From Naegleria gruberi (Eukaryota): a DNA stretch of 64,000 nucleotides. The stretch is from NCBI GenBank assembly GCA_000004985.1, contig GG738921.1. One strand, 5' to 3'. Shown piece by piece: positions 34,280 to 46,366 of the stretch. Below the pieces are notes generated by a model that made no database searches, was not told the origin of the DNA, and saw nothing but the letters and a program-made list of their open reading frames with translations. Numbering within the stretch: position 1 is the stretch's first letter; each line of letters opens with the position of its first letter. A program made the position numbers and the translations under genes.

Positions 34280-35392
34280 ATGGTCATCCTCTCAAACAGA
34301 AGAATTTTACTTGTTGCTCGTCCGGAAAACACACCAAAATCTGCTCATTTCACACTGAGTGAACCAGTACAGGAAATCAATTCTGAAACTTGCCTAAACG
34401 AAGGTGAAATTCTTGTGAAAACCTTATTCCTCTCAGTGGATCCCTATTTACTCATGCCAATGGGAAGAAAGGGAGTGCATCCTGATGTGGTTCCTAATCA
34501 AACTCCATATCCATTGAAACAATTCAAGGATGCAGCAATTATTGCCAATGTTGGAGATGTGTTTGGAGGAAGAGGTGTTGGACACGTGGTTGCCACCAAA
34601 CATGATGATTACAAGGTTGGAGATTTGGTTGCTGCTGATTATAGATGGCAAGAATATGCAATTATTAGTGTAAAATCAGAGTTGACTTTTGAAAAATTGG
34701 AAAATGAAATATTTAGTCAAGTTTCTCCATCAACTGCTTTGGGTGTTTTGGGAGTGAGTGGTTCCCATGCATTGTGGGGTTTCAATTTCGTCCTTCCAAA
34801 AGATGAGAAACCAATCGAAGGAAAGACAATTGTTGTGAGTGCTGCAGCTGGTAGTATTGGACTAACTGTTGCTCAATTGGCCAAAAACAAGGGTTTCCGT
34901 GTGGTTGGTATTGCAGGAGGTGAAGAAAAGTGTGAGAAATTGATTTCTGAATTTAAATTGGATGCCGTAGTTGATTACAAAAAGGCAAATGGTGACTTGA
35001 CCTTACTTAGTCAATTATTGAAAGAAGCAGCTCCAAATGGAGTAGATGCATTCTTTGATAATGTAGGAGGATTGGTTGCTGATGCAGTTTATGAAAATCT
35101 CAATTTGAATGCAAGAGTTTATTTTTGTGGAGCTATTTCACAATATGGAGAAGGAAAATCAGTTTTAGCTCCAGAGAAATACACAAATAATCCAAATATT
35201 ACAAGTATTACATGTTTACAAGCTGATTATATTAATAATATTCCACAAGCAAGAAGAGAACTCTTTGAATTGATTCAAAAAGGTCAATTGAAACCAGTTG
35301 AGTGGATTACTAAGGGAATTGAACAAACTCCAAAAGTTTTTGAGGAGATGTATGCTGGAAGAAACTTTGGTAAAACACTTATTCAAATTTAA
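34280..35392 (+). CDS. Medium-chain dehydrogenase/reductase of the NADP-dependent alkenal/one oxidoreductase (PTGR1/LTB4-12-hydroxydehydrogenase) type
   Basis: Single 370-aa ORF. Rossmann motif AAAGSIGLTVAQLAKNKGFRVVGIAGG and overall PTGR-like layout. Confidence 0.8.
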   Translation: MVILSNRRILLVARPENTPKSAHFTLSEPVQEINSETCLNEGEILVKTLFLSVDPYLLMPMGRKGVHPDVVPNQTPYPLKQFKDAAIIANVGDVFGGRGVGHVVATKHDDYKVGDLVAADYRWQEYAIISVKSELTFEKLENEIFSQVSPSTALGVLGVSGSHALWGFNFVLPKDEKPIEGKTIVVSAAAGSIGLTVAQLAKNKGFRVVGIAGGEEKCEKLISEFKLDAVVDYKKANGDLTLLSQLLKEAAPNGVDAFFDNVGGLVADAVYENLNLNARVYFCGAISQYGEGKSVLAPEKYTNNPNITSITCLQADYINNIPQARRELFELIQKGQLKPVEWITKGIEQTPKVFEEMYAGRNFGKTLIQI

Positions 35393-35636
35393 ACTCTTAT
35401 TTTCTATTTCAATAAATTACAAAATTTGTTTCACATTAGAAATTGTAATAATTTTACATAAAAAATAAGGAAATACTTTTAAATAATAGTAATTTTAGTG
35501 ATCTATACAATATATTTCCTATTACTAAATCAAATCTATCCACAATACTACCTTTCGAACAAACTTTACAATAAAAAATAATTTTTGGAAGAATCTCTTT
35601 ATTAAAGCAGACTAAAAAATAACAAATCAATAAATC

Positions 35637-36026
35637 TTAATAAGCTTCATCTTCATTAATATCCTCATCATCCTCACCAATATCTTCCATATTATCTTCA
35701 TCAATATTTTCAAAATTAGAACTTTCATCAGTTGGTAAAGAATCAAGTGTATCCAAAACTTCTCCTTCATCACTCAAAGTTTCTGCTTCAAGATTTTGTT
35801 CAAGAGCAGCTTCTTCTTCTTCCTCACCTTCGGAATTTTCAGTATTTGATTCAGTTGATGCCTCGGCAGTGTCAAGACTGTCAAGTGTCATTTCTTCTTC
35901 AGTTCCATCGAGGAGAGCAACTGATTCAGCGGAAACAACATTTGATGTAGAAGTTGTGGAGAAGAAACCGCTGATTAAGAAGAGGGTTAATAATAACAAG
36001 GAAAAGACAAGAAAACGTTTGTTCAT
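35637..36026 (-). CDS. Small secreted, extremely acidic (Glu/Asp/Ser/Thr-rich) protein
   Basis: Signal peptide MNKRFLVFSLLLLTLFLISGFF followed by about 100 aa with more than 40 percent D/E. Confidence 0.45.
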   Translation of the reverse strand: MNKRFLVFSLLLLTLFLISGFFSTTSTSNVVSAESVALLDGTEEEMTLDSLDTAEASTESNTENSEGEEEEEAALEQNLEAETLSDEGEVLDTLDSLPTDESSNFENIDEDNMEDIGEDDEDINEDEAY

Positions 36027-36511
36027 TTTTTTTTGATAGTGAAATTTGATGTCTGACAGAAAATCGAGTCAACTTTCTGACCTAACAGAGCAGATTTATG
36101 TTTCATGATAATTATTAGAGAATGGACAAGGTGTTTTATTGGATTTTTAATTAAATTGTAAATTTTCTTTATTTAATAAAAAATCAAAAATTCAAAAATG
36201 GAAATTTTGAAATTGTAATTTTGATTTGGAATTGCTGATGACAAAGCAATGATGTAACAACATGATCAATCTCTTATCAATTACTACATCCAATTATTGA
36301 AAGTAAACTAATTTTATCTTTCGAATAATTTAGTTTACGTTTCGAATACATTTACCAGTTGAAACTTTATCTGTGAATTTTCCAACTGATGGCTTCCTTT
36401 TCCATACCAACCGTCTGTTCGAGTGTCAAATTGCACCTGTCATCAATTCAAAAAACATTAAAAAAAAATATTTCGTCGTCGTTCTTCTAACAAATAACAC
36501 AATCATCAAAA

Positions 36512-37492
36512 ATGGGTAATGTCATTCCTGTTAACACTCTCTTCTTGGGTATCGATGGAGCTGGTAAAGTAAGTAACATGAAATCTTTACATTTCGTCTA
36601 ATGTGTAAACTAATGTTTAAACTAATGTGTGTAAACTAAACTTTAGACCACCATCATCAACACTGGTATGAACAAATTCAAACAATTAAAACAAGAGCAA
36701 ATTGATGCTATACAACCAACTTTGGGACATGATTCAAAGAGATTTACAGTGGAAGGAGTTGAATTTATTTCATGGGATGTAAGTATTTGAAGAATTGAAC
36801 AAGTTTTCTAATAGTAGAAATTGTCATTGATTGAATGGTGTTGTTGTTTTGTTCATTGACTGCTCCAATAACAATAATAATAACAAATGTCATGTTGACG
36901 TGTAAAAAACTCGAAATCTTTGGATGATTTGAAAAAATATTAAAAAATTCGTGATGATATGAAAAATGGATTCGATTCTTGGCCATGACATGAATTTTTC
37001 TCACTATTTCTCACCACCATTGACAATACCACAACAACACATTGAACAATTCAATCACGACCACTTTGTTGCTTCCTATAGTTCCCTGGCAAGGAACAAC
37101 TTCGTTCCACATGGACTTCCTACTATAAACATGCTCAAGTCATTGTCTTTGTTGTTGACAGCTCTGATAGTGATGAACGTTTAGAAGAAGTTAAGGAAAT
37201 TCTCCACTCCATCATTCAAAATGTCCAATTACGTGAATGTTTGTTGTTGATTTTGGGTAACAAACAAGATTTGAATTCCACTAGAAATTTGGATAAATTG
37301 AAGGATACTCTCGGATTAGGAGGTAATTTAAGTGGATTACGTGATCGTACTTGGAAGATACTTACTTGTACTGCCAAAACTGGAGATGGTTTGGAAGATG
37401 CTTTCAAATGGTTGTCAACTGAAACAATGAAGGCCTATAAAAAGAGAGAAAGCAAGAAGAAGGAAGAAAAGAAGGAAGAAACTAAAAAATAA
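36512..37492 (+). CDS. Arf-like (Arl) small GTPase with Lys/Glu-rich C-terminal tail; exons 36512..36568, 36647..36778, 37082..37492
   Basis: MGNVIPVNTLFLGIDGAGKTT (G1 split by intron 1), WD|FPGKEQLRSTWTSYYKHAQVIVFVVDSSD (G3/switch II), LGNKQDL (G4), CTAKTGDGLEDAFKWL (G5). Introns 36569..36646 (78 nt) and 36779..37081 (303 nt) both GTAAGT..AG. Confidence 0.75.
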
Positions 37493-37880
37493 TTGAACTA
37501 AGATGTTGTATTTCAATAAATCTAATTGTTAAATATCAAGACAGAGATCAATCGGTTTTAATTGAATATTGGGAGAAATATCCTATTGTTTCAAAGAAAA
37601 ACATGTTTAGGATAAATATTGAACTGAACTAAAATGTGATATCATAACAAGATGACACTTTGTTGAAAAATTTTAGTGCCATCTCACAGATTTGATCTCT
37701 CTTTCAACAATGCACCAATTGGATAACATTCTTTACAATTCAAATTCATCCCAATTTTTTGGTGCATTTTCCAATTTGAAATCCAAGTTCCAAACGAAAT
37801 TTAAAAATTCATCAAAAATTCCAAAAAATTCATAAAAAAAAATTCAAAACTTGAAATTTTCATCATTTCACTAATATAAA

Positions 37881-38988
37881 ATGTCTGCTCAATCCATTAG
37901 CTTTTCCAAGTATACAAAATTCGACAATCACTACAGAAAACAATACGTCGAATCGATCAAGACCCAAAATGAAGAGATGAGCAAGAAATTAAATCATCCA
38001 ATGGAATGGTATTGCTCCGAGAAGGTTCATGGTTGTAATTTGAGCTTTATTGTTGATAGAGTAAGGCAATCAGAGTATAAAGTAGAGGTTGCTAATCGTT
38101 CATGTGTTCTTTCACAATCATCAATGAGCTTTTATCCAAAAACAATTGAACAGTTGGAGAAAAAGTTTGAGTGGTGAATTGAATGAACAATTGAAATTGA
38201 AGAGTGTTCAAATTTATGGTGAATTATTTGGTGGATTATTCCCAAATAAGAAACCTTCAGATGCTAAGGCAATTCAAAGTGGAATTCACTATTGTCCACA
38301 TCATGATTTTTATGCTTTTGATGTTCTTCTCGGATTTGAGAATGGAAAACAATCTTGGGCTGTTTTTAACAATGTTGATCCATTGTTGGATGAGTGTGGA
38401 TTCAAAGTGAGAGCTCAACCATTGTTTAAGGGAACTTTGGACGAATGTTTGGAGTTTGATGTTAAATTTAACACTAAATTACCAGAAACTTTCTATCCAG
38501 AAATTGTAAAGGAAAGAAATGCTTCCTGGAAGGATTTGGATAATATTTGTGAAGGTGTTGTCATCAAACCAACCAAGTACAATATCTTTGTGGAAACTGA
38601 AAGAGCTGTAATCAAGAAGAAGAATGAAAAATTCTTGGAAACTGAAGCTAGTGATAAACCACAACAACCAGTGAAAAAGGAAAAGGGTGACTCTGAAGAG
38701 CTAGTTCAGGTATGGAATGAACTCTCACGATACATTACCTCCAATCGTTTGGATAATGTTCTCTCAAAGATTGGAAACCTCACCAAGAGTAACATGTTCC
38801 CAGTTATGAAGGAATTCTCAAATGATGCCCTCGAAGAATTTAAATTAGATTTGGAACGTGGTGCTTTGGAAAATTGTAAACCAGTTTCTTCACTTTCAAG
38901 TGAAGATCAGAAAAAGCTCACTAAAAAGATCAATGATGCTTGTATGGTTTTAATTAAGGAACAATTAAACAAACCATCATCAGAATAA
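37881..38988 (+). CDS. Rnl2-family ATP-dependent RNA ligase homolog (nucleotidyltransferase motif I KVHG); single-base frame break near 38145-38160
   Basis: EKVHGCNLSF matches the T4 Rnl2 motif I (EKIHGTN). ORFs 37881..38177 and 38146..38988 overlap in different frames at the homopolymer gagaaaaag; removing one A yields continuous ...EKSLSGELNEQLK.... Confidence 0.55.
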
Positions 38989-39098
38989 AGTGCAAGTTGA
39001 CTATTTCGAATAAAAGTGGTGTTACTGAAATAATTTACAATTTTTTGTTTTTTGAATACAAATTGCAATTTATTGATTATTTACCATACAATAACCAT

Positions 39099-39386
39099 TC
39101 AATAATTACGGTGTTTACCCTCATAGGTATGATAAACCTCTACTCTGTCTTGTTGTGGTACAGTATCGCTTCTTTTTTGATGGTCTGGAAAGTTTTGTAG
39201 GTGTTGTCTTAAATTGCCATGAATGTTACCAGTGGCAGCACACTTATGTCCTTGTGGGGTTTGACTACTAATGGGGTTATTTTGAGATTTAATTTGACTA
39301 CTTGTTTGGGAGTTATTTTGAGATTTAATTTGGCTACTTGTTTGGGAGTTATTTTGGCGACCAGTTTGGGATTTATGTTGAGTCAT
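39099..39386 (-). CDS. Small hypothetical protein with tandem QTSSQIKSQNNS repeats
   Basis: 95-aa ORF; underlying about 39-nt DNA unit directly repeated twice at 39275..39352. Confidence 0.3.
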   Translation of the reverse strand: MTQHKSQTGRQNNSQTSSQIKSQNNSQTSSQIKSQNNPISSQTPQGHKCAATGNIHGNLRQHLQNFPDHQKRSDTVPQQDRVEVYHTYEGKHRNY

Positions 39387-39624
39387 TTTGTTTCTGGCTT
39401 GTTTTATTTATTTTAACATACCACGTTTAACATCAAAACTTTTATTATAAAGAACTTTTGAGCCAAAAGGGAGACTTCATTTTTGGACAATTTCTTAATT
39501 TATGAAATTACTAGCTCAAGAGAAGCCCAAGACGAGTCAAGGATTTATTTGGTGTTGGTGAGCCTTTAAATTGAACCAATGACAATAAGGATATTGTTAA
39601 GAAATTTTAAAAAATCAGAAAAAA

Positions 39625-41562
39625 ATGCTCAACACTGAAACCAAGCTAACCTTCCATCATGCAATTTTCGAATTATCGGAAGGCTACTTTTTCATTGATC
39701 AAATTCTTCCATTCTTTTCTTTCAATGATTTGGAAAATTTATTTCTCACCTCCAAACATATTGCCGAGTTGGTGAGCAGACAACATCACATTGATTATTT
39801 AGCTGTTTTTAATGCTGGACTTGCACATTATTCATCATCGGGGAATCGGAATAGATGGATTGATTCAACTCCTCCGAATGAATTTCCATCACTGCTGCAA
39901 TTTGCAAATGGAATAAAAGTGATGATTGAAGCAGAGGGATCATGGCTGATTGAATATATTATTGGTTATTGTCGGAAGGTGAATAAGTTATTCAGTATTT
40001 CATATGATAAATATATTTATAATTGGTCACAAATGGATTTATCACTGATTAAGAATATTGAGGAGTTTGGACTTGTCAGGTTGGACATGTATAATTTTCC
40101 AAAATTTATGCCATTGTTTGAGGGAAAGAAAGTGAAACAGATTAAATTATCTATGGGATATATTTATCAAGATATCTTTGAACAGACTAGACCTGTTTTA
40201 GATAAGATCAATTTCAAGGAATTATATTATTCCATTTCATGGGTTTCTTCATTTAATATACTGAGTGAAGGTCTATCTAAGGAAGATTTAGATTTTAGAA
40301 ACAAGATAAAGATTTCAGTAGGTGATGTCGGGATAGATCAACACCATTATAGTTCGCTGAAAAACATTTCTAAATGTTTCGAGTTTAGTTCAATTACAAT
40401 TGAGAATGCTACAAAAAAAGAGGAGGATTATAGCGACCACAAATTTGACCTATTTTCAAAATCATACACCTTGAAAGCAGCTTTTTTAACCAAAGTACAG
40501 TCACTTGCATTGCCTAAATTCTCAAATACTGAGCCTTCAGCAATAGAAATGCATAATATTGAATTAGCTCTCAATAGTGCAAACATTGATACTTTTCATG
40601 TGCTACACACGACGAAATATTTAACAGAATTGAAATTGCAGGACTGTCACATTGATTTTTCAGATATTGATGCAATTGACTTGAAATTATTGAATAATAT
40701 GGTTTTGAATAGATGTAAATTTGTAAAGAATGGAAAACAATCAAATTTGGAATTTATTGAATGTATTAGTGCACCTAAACTCACAAATCTAACATGTGGT
40801 GACCTGTCGTTAAAATCAATTCCAATGATTTCAAAGAGTATCACCACTTTAAAATTAGGCAAGAATGAAATTGAAAATATCGAATTGGAAAGGTTAGATT
40901 CTATGAAAGGATTGACTAGTTTGGATTTATCAAATAACAAGTTAAATGATTTAAAAAACGTTCAGTCGATTATTGGAAAATTCAAGGACCTGAAATTGAA
41001 TGGAAATCCAATCTTTAAACGTATGATGATTAACAAAAACAAACTAGAATTTATTAACGATGACTGTAAACATGATGTTAAAAGATCGAGTAAGCTAAAC
41101 ACAAAACCAAAATTTTCTGGAACAGATGTGGAAATTATCAAACAATTCAGAATCATTATCTCTCAGAGAGATTATCCACACTGTGTTGAAAGGAAGGATT
41201 TTCTTAAACTAATTTCAAATCCAAAAAAACCAAACAGCTTGGACGAAACAAATGTGATTTTCTGGAACCATCACTACAGCAACAGTCAAACATCATTGTC
41301 AAAAGATGGAAATACCACATTTGTTGGAACTAATTTTACAAGCTTTTGTCAAGTTGCCATCTATCTAAACAATTATTTACAACACGAGTTTTGCTCTAAA
41401 TGGTATTTTTTCGGTATTAATGGAACAGATAATATTGAGCCACTGCATAATAGAGAATTGCTAAATGAGGTGTCCTATATTGTGCATGAATGGTCCTTTG
41501 TTTCCTCTCACATTGAATTTGTTAGAGAATTGAGAAGAAAATATCCTTCGAATTCTTTCTAA
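39625..41562 (+). CDS. F-box-like / leucine-rich-repeat protein (645 aa)
   Basis: N-terminal ILPFFSFNDLENLFLTSKHIAELV (F-box-like); C-terminal LRRs (LTSLDLSNNKLNDLKNV.. LKLNGNPI). Confidence 0.6.
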   Translation: MLNTETKLTFHHAIFELSEGYFFIDQILPFFSFNDLENLFLTSKHIAELVSRQHHIDYLAVFNAGLAHYSSSGNRNRWIDSTPPNEFPSLLQFANGIKVMIEAEGSWLIEYIIGYCRKVNKLFSISYDKYIYNWSQMDLSLIKNIEEFGLVRLDMYNFPKFMPLFEGKKVKQIKLSMGYIYQDIFEQTRPVLDKINFKELYYSISWVSSFNILSEGLSKEDLDFRNKIKISVGDVGIDQHHYSSLKNISKCFEFSSITIENATKKEEDYSDHKFDLFSKSYTLKAAFLTKVQSLALPKFSNTEPSAIEMHNIELALNSANIDTFHVLHTTKYLTELKLQDCHIDFSDIDAIDLKLLNNMVLNRCKFVKNGKQSNLEFIECISAPKLTNLTCGDLSLKSIPMISKSITTLKLGKNEIENIELERLDSMKGLTSLDLSNNKLNDLKNVQSIIGKFKDLKLNGNPIFKRMMINKNKLEFINDDCKHDVKRSSKLNTKPKFSGTDVEIIKQFRIIISQRDYPHCVERKDFLKLISNPKKPNSLDETNVIFWNHHYSNSQTSLSKDGNTTFVGTNFTSFCQVAIYLNNYLQHEFCSKWYFFGINGTDNIEPLHNRELLNEVSYIVHEWSFVSSHIEFVRELRRKYPSNSF

Positions 41563-41601
41563 TAAATTGGATTCTAATATTTTTCAGTTATTTCGAATAA
41601 A

Positions 41602-42484
41602 TTAAACTTTATTATCAGCTCCGTAAGGTTGATTTGGTTGGGCATAATAATTAGGTTGTGGATCCACAACTCCTGGTTGACCATATCCTTGATTAGCAGT
41701 AGGATATGGTTGACCATAACCACCTTGTGGTTGTCCATAGCTTTGATTAGGATTATAAGGTTGAGCTGTTTGATTTGGATTATACGGTTGACCATAACCT
41801 GGTTGACCATAAACCTCTGATGATGGATTGTAATAAGGTTGTTGTTGACCTACTACTGGTGGTTGTGTTTGATTTGAATAATAAGGAGTTGAAGTGTAAC
41901 CACCTGGTTGTTGAACTGCCAAATTTGGTTGCATTTGGCCAACTGTTGTCGTGGTTGATTGAACAGTTGTGGTTGCAACTGGGATTGGAGTGGTGACAGT
42001 TGTGGCAGCTGCCAAATCACTTCTTGACATACCATCTGCGATATTCTTCATGATAATGAACATTCGAATACCTGCAATGACGGACGAAATTCCAGCAATG
42101 ATCAATACAATGCCAATAACACCCAAAACAATTGGAGTGGTAATTCCAGAGCATGATGTGCTGGAATTGGTTGTCACAGCAAGACATGCTATAATGAATA
42201 CAAAGTTTAGTCAAGTTTCGAATAATTTCAAAAATTGATTATTAGAAACAAGATAATGAATTAGTTTTCAACAGATCAACAAGAAACCTACCTGCATACA
42301 ATGCACCAACGGCAATCGCAGCAATTCCTAGAGCAATACCAATCAAGATGGAAACAACTCCTGAGATAATTGTGGCAAGTGGTTTAGTTCTTCTGTTTCC
42401 AATAACTATTCCTCCTCCTACGTGATGATTTACATGATGATGGTGATGATGACCGTGTCGTCCATGGTGATGGTGGTGAGCCAT
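41602..42484 (-). CDS. Two-TM protein with His-rich N-terminus and Gly/Gln/Pro/Tyr-rich (YGQP-repeat) C-terminus; exons 42292..42484 and 41602..42188
   Basis: MAHHHHHGRHGHHHHHH...; two TM helices, one per exon. Intron 42189..42291 (103 nt, GTAGGT..TTATAG) joins ORFs 42242..42484 and 41602..42177 in frame. Confidence 0.55.
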
Positions 42485-42719
42485 GCGTTGTGTTTCGTTT
42501 CGTTTTTTTTGTTGGAATGTTTATTGGAAACTGGGTGATGTACTTGCCAGGTATGGGTTGAAAGGGAGTTCCAATGTTGTTTCTATTTGATGAGGATCTT
42601 ATTGTAATCATTGATTTGTAATTTCCTCATACTGATCCAGTGTGGATATTCGAAAGTTCAATACTAACTTGGAAAATTAACATAAATTTATAATTTTCTT
42701 AAATATTCCAATTTCATTT

Positions 42720-44267
42720 TCATCTAATGTTTTCCAATTTTAGTGTTTCTTCTTGTACATAAATGTCTTTCGTTTGCAATTTAGAAAAGGTAGGATTAGT
42801 TTTCAGTGCTTGTAAACATTCGCTTGTTACTTTCATTTTTCCTTTTCTGTTTCCTTCAAGTTTTGTTAAATTTATCAAATTGGTGCAATTTGATAAAATG
42901 GTTGCATCTATAGATGTTTCTTCAATATTTGTAAAACGTAATTCCTTTAAATTAGACAAGATTGGATTGGTGCAAATTATTTGCAATTCCTTGTTTCCAC
43001 CATCGATACTCAAATATTCCAAATTTGATAGACAAGTAGAATTCAAATAATTTGAAAGGACATTTTGTGATTCCTTGGTAGGTCTAAGACGTAGTTGTTT
43101 GAGCTCTGGACAATGATCAATAAGTGAGGGAAATGGTGCCAAGTTGGAGTCATCCAATTTTAGGTTGGTAATTGAACTTTGACTGTTGGGAGGAAATTTA
43201 GCAATTGTATTATCAAATACCATATTTCGATAAGATTGTACATTCGCATTTACCCATTTGACTGTTGTTAGATTTGGTAAGTTTGGAGAAATAAGCAAAT
43301 TTGCAAAATCCTGATTGTTAATGGAACATTCAGTAATCTTGAGATATGTAAGATTCTTACAATTTCCATTTGATAAAGAAATATCAGTAATTTGGTAGTT
43401 TCCAATGTCCAAATATTCCAAGTTGGGCTTATTTTTCAATACTTCATTCTGAAATTCGTTACCTCTGTAACCGTATGTATGAGATGTTAAATGAGTAATT
43501 TGTTTCAAATATTTGGTACCCAAGCATGACCCAATTCCATCAAAATTATATGATACATCTAACTTCTTAACGGTTGACATAAACGCACTTCCAAATAATG
43601 CATCTGCTTCCGTTTTTTTAAACTTTTGCAGTTGCCTTAAGCTCAGTTCAGTTAAGTTTGGCATTTGACATTTCGTTAAATGCTTTACGGATGATAGAAT
43701 CAAATTATTACCAGAAATATCTAATGTGTGCAATTTATCCCATCTGATACCTTTTCTTGAAAGTGATTGAAATGAGCTAACAAGAGCACCAGACAATTTC
43801 AAAGAAGTGACATTCTTAATTTGTGGACTTTTTACCAAAAACTCAACATTCTTGGAAGCATTCACTTGTATTTCAACCCTGTCCACAACATCTTTCCACA
43901 ATTTTGAAACATATCTACAATAAGCGAGATCATTAACATTCAAGAATTGGAAAATACTAAATAAATTGTCAGAATTCAAACGAGTGGACGAAACTTTTTT
44001 TCTATGAATATCCACTTGTTTTAAAAACTCGTAAATATTTCCAACAAATTCATCAATTATTTCGCTATTGTACACAAAATAACGACTATCAACAAGTTTC
44101 ACCTTATTTGCCAATGAAATTAATTGTGAATTAACAGTCGTCATTTCTTCAAATAACACCGATTCAATATTTTCATCATCAAACATTTTTCCATCATGAC
44201 CATCGTGATGATCAGCAGCCGAAGGCTGTGATGATTCGTGCTTTCTCTTCTTTGTGTTGTTGGTCAT
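42720..44267 (-). CDS. F-box / leucine-rich-repeat protein (515 aa)
   Basis: Canonical F-box NLFSIFQFLNVNDLAYCRYVSKLWKDVV followed by LRRs (LDISGNNL.., LEYLDIGNYQITDISL..). Confidence 0.65.
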   Translation of the reverse strand: MTNNTKKRKHESSQPSAADHHDGHDGKMFDDENIESVLFEEMTTVNSQLISLANKVKLVDSRYFVYNSEIIDEFVGNIYEFLKQVDIHRKKVSSTRLNSDNLFSIFQFLNVNDLAYCRYVSKLWKDVVDRVEIQVNASKNVEFLVKSPQIKNVTSLKLSGALVSSFQSLSRKGIRWDKLHTLDISGNNLILSSVKHLTKCQMPNLTELSLRQLQKFKKTEADALFGSAFMSTVKKLDVSYNFDGIGSCLGTKYLKQITHLTSHTYGYRGNEFQNEVLKNKPNLEYLDIGNYQITDISLSNGNCKNLTYLKITECSINNQDFANLLISPNLPNLTTVKWVNANVQSYRNMVFDNTIAKFPPNSQSSITNLKLDDSNLAPFPSLIDHCPELKQLRLRPTKESQNVLSNYLNSTCLSNLEYLSIDGGNKELQIICTNPILSNLKELRFTNIEETSIDATILSNCTNLINLTKLEGNRKGKMKVTSECLQALKTNPTFSKLQTKDIYVQEETLKLENIR

Positions 44268-44373
44268 TTTTTTTTTTAAGTTTTTAATTAATAAAATTTT
44301 AAATATATTGCTTAATATTATTTAAATTGTGTAAATTAGTGAAATATTGAATGTTCAGTTTAGTAATTTGTAT

Positions 44374-45513
44374 TTAGTTGTATTGATGTTTTGCAGGTGA
44401 TGCCATTCGAATAGGAGCATCTGGATTCAATTGATAATCTGTTTGTAAGAGTGGATACAGTGTAATTGTCTTTCTGGTACACATTGAAATAATTGGGAAA
44501 TACATGACAGATTGTGAGACTAAATCCTGAGTTCCAGTAATTGCTGATGCAATGTGAATTCCATTCTTGAAAAAGTTGACCTGTTTGGCATCGTAATCTA
44601 TAATGACAGCAAATCGATCACCAACAGAGATCTTTCCAACAAATTCAGAACCTACAGTTCCATCAATAAAGTCGCCAAACATTTTGAATGATTTGTTTTC
44701 GAGAATGTAACCAACTCCAGAGTTTCTTTCAACGAATTGAGCTATGGATTTGTCATTATTGAAATCTTCATAATCAGTTCCAATACCAAATGCTATTGTT
44801 AATTGATGGAGGTCAATGTGTCAATATTTCAAATATAGTAAATTTCCAATATACTTACCAACATTCCATGCATTGCCACACAAGAAATATTCTTCAATAA
44901 CCATCTCATATCCTTTAAATCCAAAGTAAAATTGAGGAGATAGTTCTGATAAATCCTTAATCATTGGATATTTGGATGCTTTAAATGCATACCAAGTTGT
45001 AACGTTAATATTTCCAACAGTTCTCTCTCTATTAATGACCTTTTGTTCCTCAACATCAGATGCCTTGTCAAAACACAACTTTTTCATTTGCATCAACACT
45101 GAACTATACTTGATTGCATTTCCCTCTCTCAAAAAGAGCATTTCCCTCAAATATCGATCCAATTCCTTCTCATTCATTGAATTGACCAACGAAACATCCA
45201 AACCACTACTAATAATCTTTGAATTCACTTCATCAATAAATCCATTCATCATACCCAACAATCTATGTTTCCAAATAGTATTTCTATACGCAGCAACATC
45301 ATCCTCTTCATCATCACGATAATTGGAAGAATTCAAACAACCTCCCAAAACCAAATGATAATAAAATCGATTCAAACAAGCAACATTCATCAATGTATTC
45401 TCACAACAATACCACAGAACATTTACTTGATTATCGAGTGGGAGTTCCTGGAATGGAATTTTGTATAACCATTCACCATCAGCAATTTCCAATGTTGTTG
45501 TTGTTGTTGACAT
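44374..45513 (-). CDS. F-box / SPRY-domain protein (FBXO45/Fsn-1-like architecture); exons 44859..45513 and 44374..44792
   Basis: N-terminal F-box-like LYKIPFQELPLDNQVNVLWYCCENTLMNVACLNRFYYHLV. C-terminal SPRY core ..VGDRFAVIIDYDAKQVNFFKNGIHI... Intron 44793..44858 (66 nt, GTAAGT..AATAG) joins the two track ORFs in frame. Confidence 0.65.
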
Positions 45514-46366
45514 TTTTGTATTTACAATTATTAAATAGTATTATTATGAGTATTAAATATTAAATTATATATTAAATTATATTTAAATAAATTATAGGAT
45601 GATGATGATCGGAATTAATGTATTACAGTATTAACTATTATTATTAATATTCAATATAATATAATACAAAATATGTACAAGAGCCTTTTTTAGCTATATT
45701 GTTGTTGTTGTCTTTTTTCAATAATTATGATATGAAAAATTAAAGATCATGTGATGATGGATAATAAATTGTGTTTCGTTATCTCTTTCGGATGACGATG
45801 ATTCAAAGTCTTGAAATTAATGATGATGAATTAATGAAATTGTAAAGTTATTGAAAAAAACGTTTTTTTCAATTTTTTTTTTGATTTTGGGATAAAAATA
45901 GAATTTTTGAATCGTTTTTAAATTTGAAGTGAGTTTCAAATAGTTGAAGGTGAAGTTGAGAAGATAGGAATCGAATAGTGGAATTAGAGAATTGTTGTTG
46001 ATCATCAGCACAAATGGAAGAGATTAAATAGTATATATGGAAAATTGGATAATTAAGAAACATTGGATTACTGACAACCATTGAAAAGATGAGGAAACAT
46101 TAGTTTACAATGGATTTTTTATTCGAATCCAAAGCTCAATAATCGAGAAATGATTATCCAGTGACTTTTATGAAACTTGATGAAAAAGGACTTTCGTTCG
46201 CTCGAGTTTCAGTAATTTTTATACATTCCATTAAATATTCGCTAAATTACATTCATTTAATATTCAATTTATTGTAAAGTGTTTGTATAATTCAATGAAC
46301 CTTGAAATCAAGTCAAGGAACTTGGAACCTGCATGAAAGAATGAAAAAAAACAAACTTTAAAAAAA

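Noticed and set aside
41629-42238. Several 60-90 aa ORFs on both strands
   Set aside because: Overlap the Gln/Pro/Tyr-rich exon of the 41602..42484 gene; repetitive codons keep other frames open.
45514-46366. Small ORFs 45817..46081 in a long AT-rich spacer
   Set aside because: Homopolymer-rich intergenic DNA; ORFs are composition artefacts.
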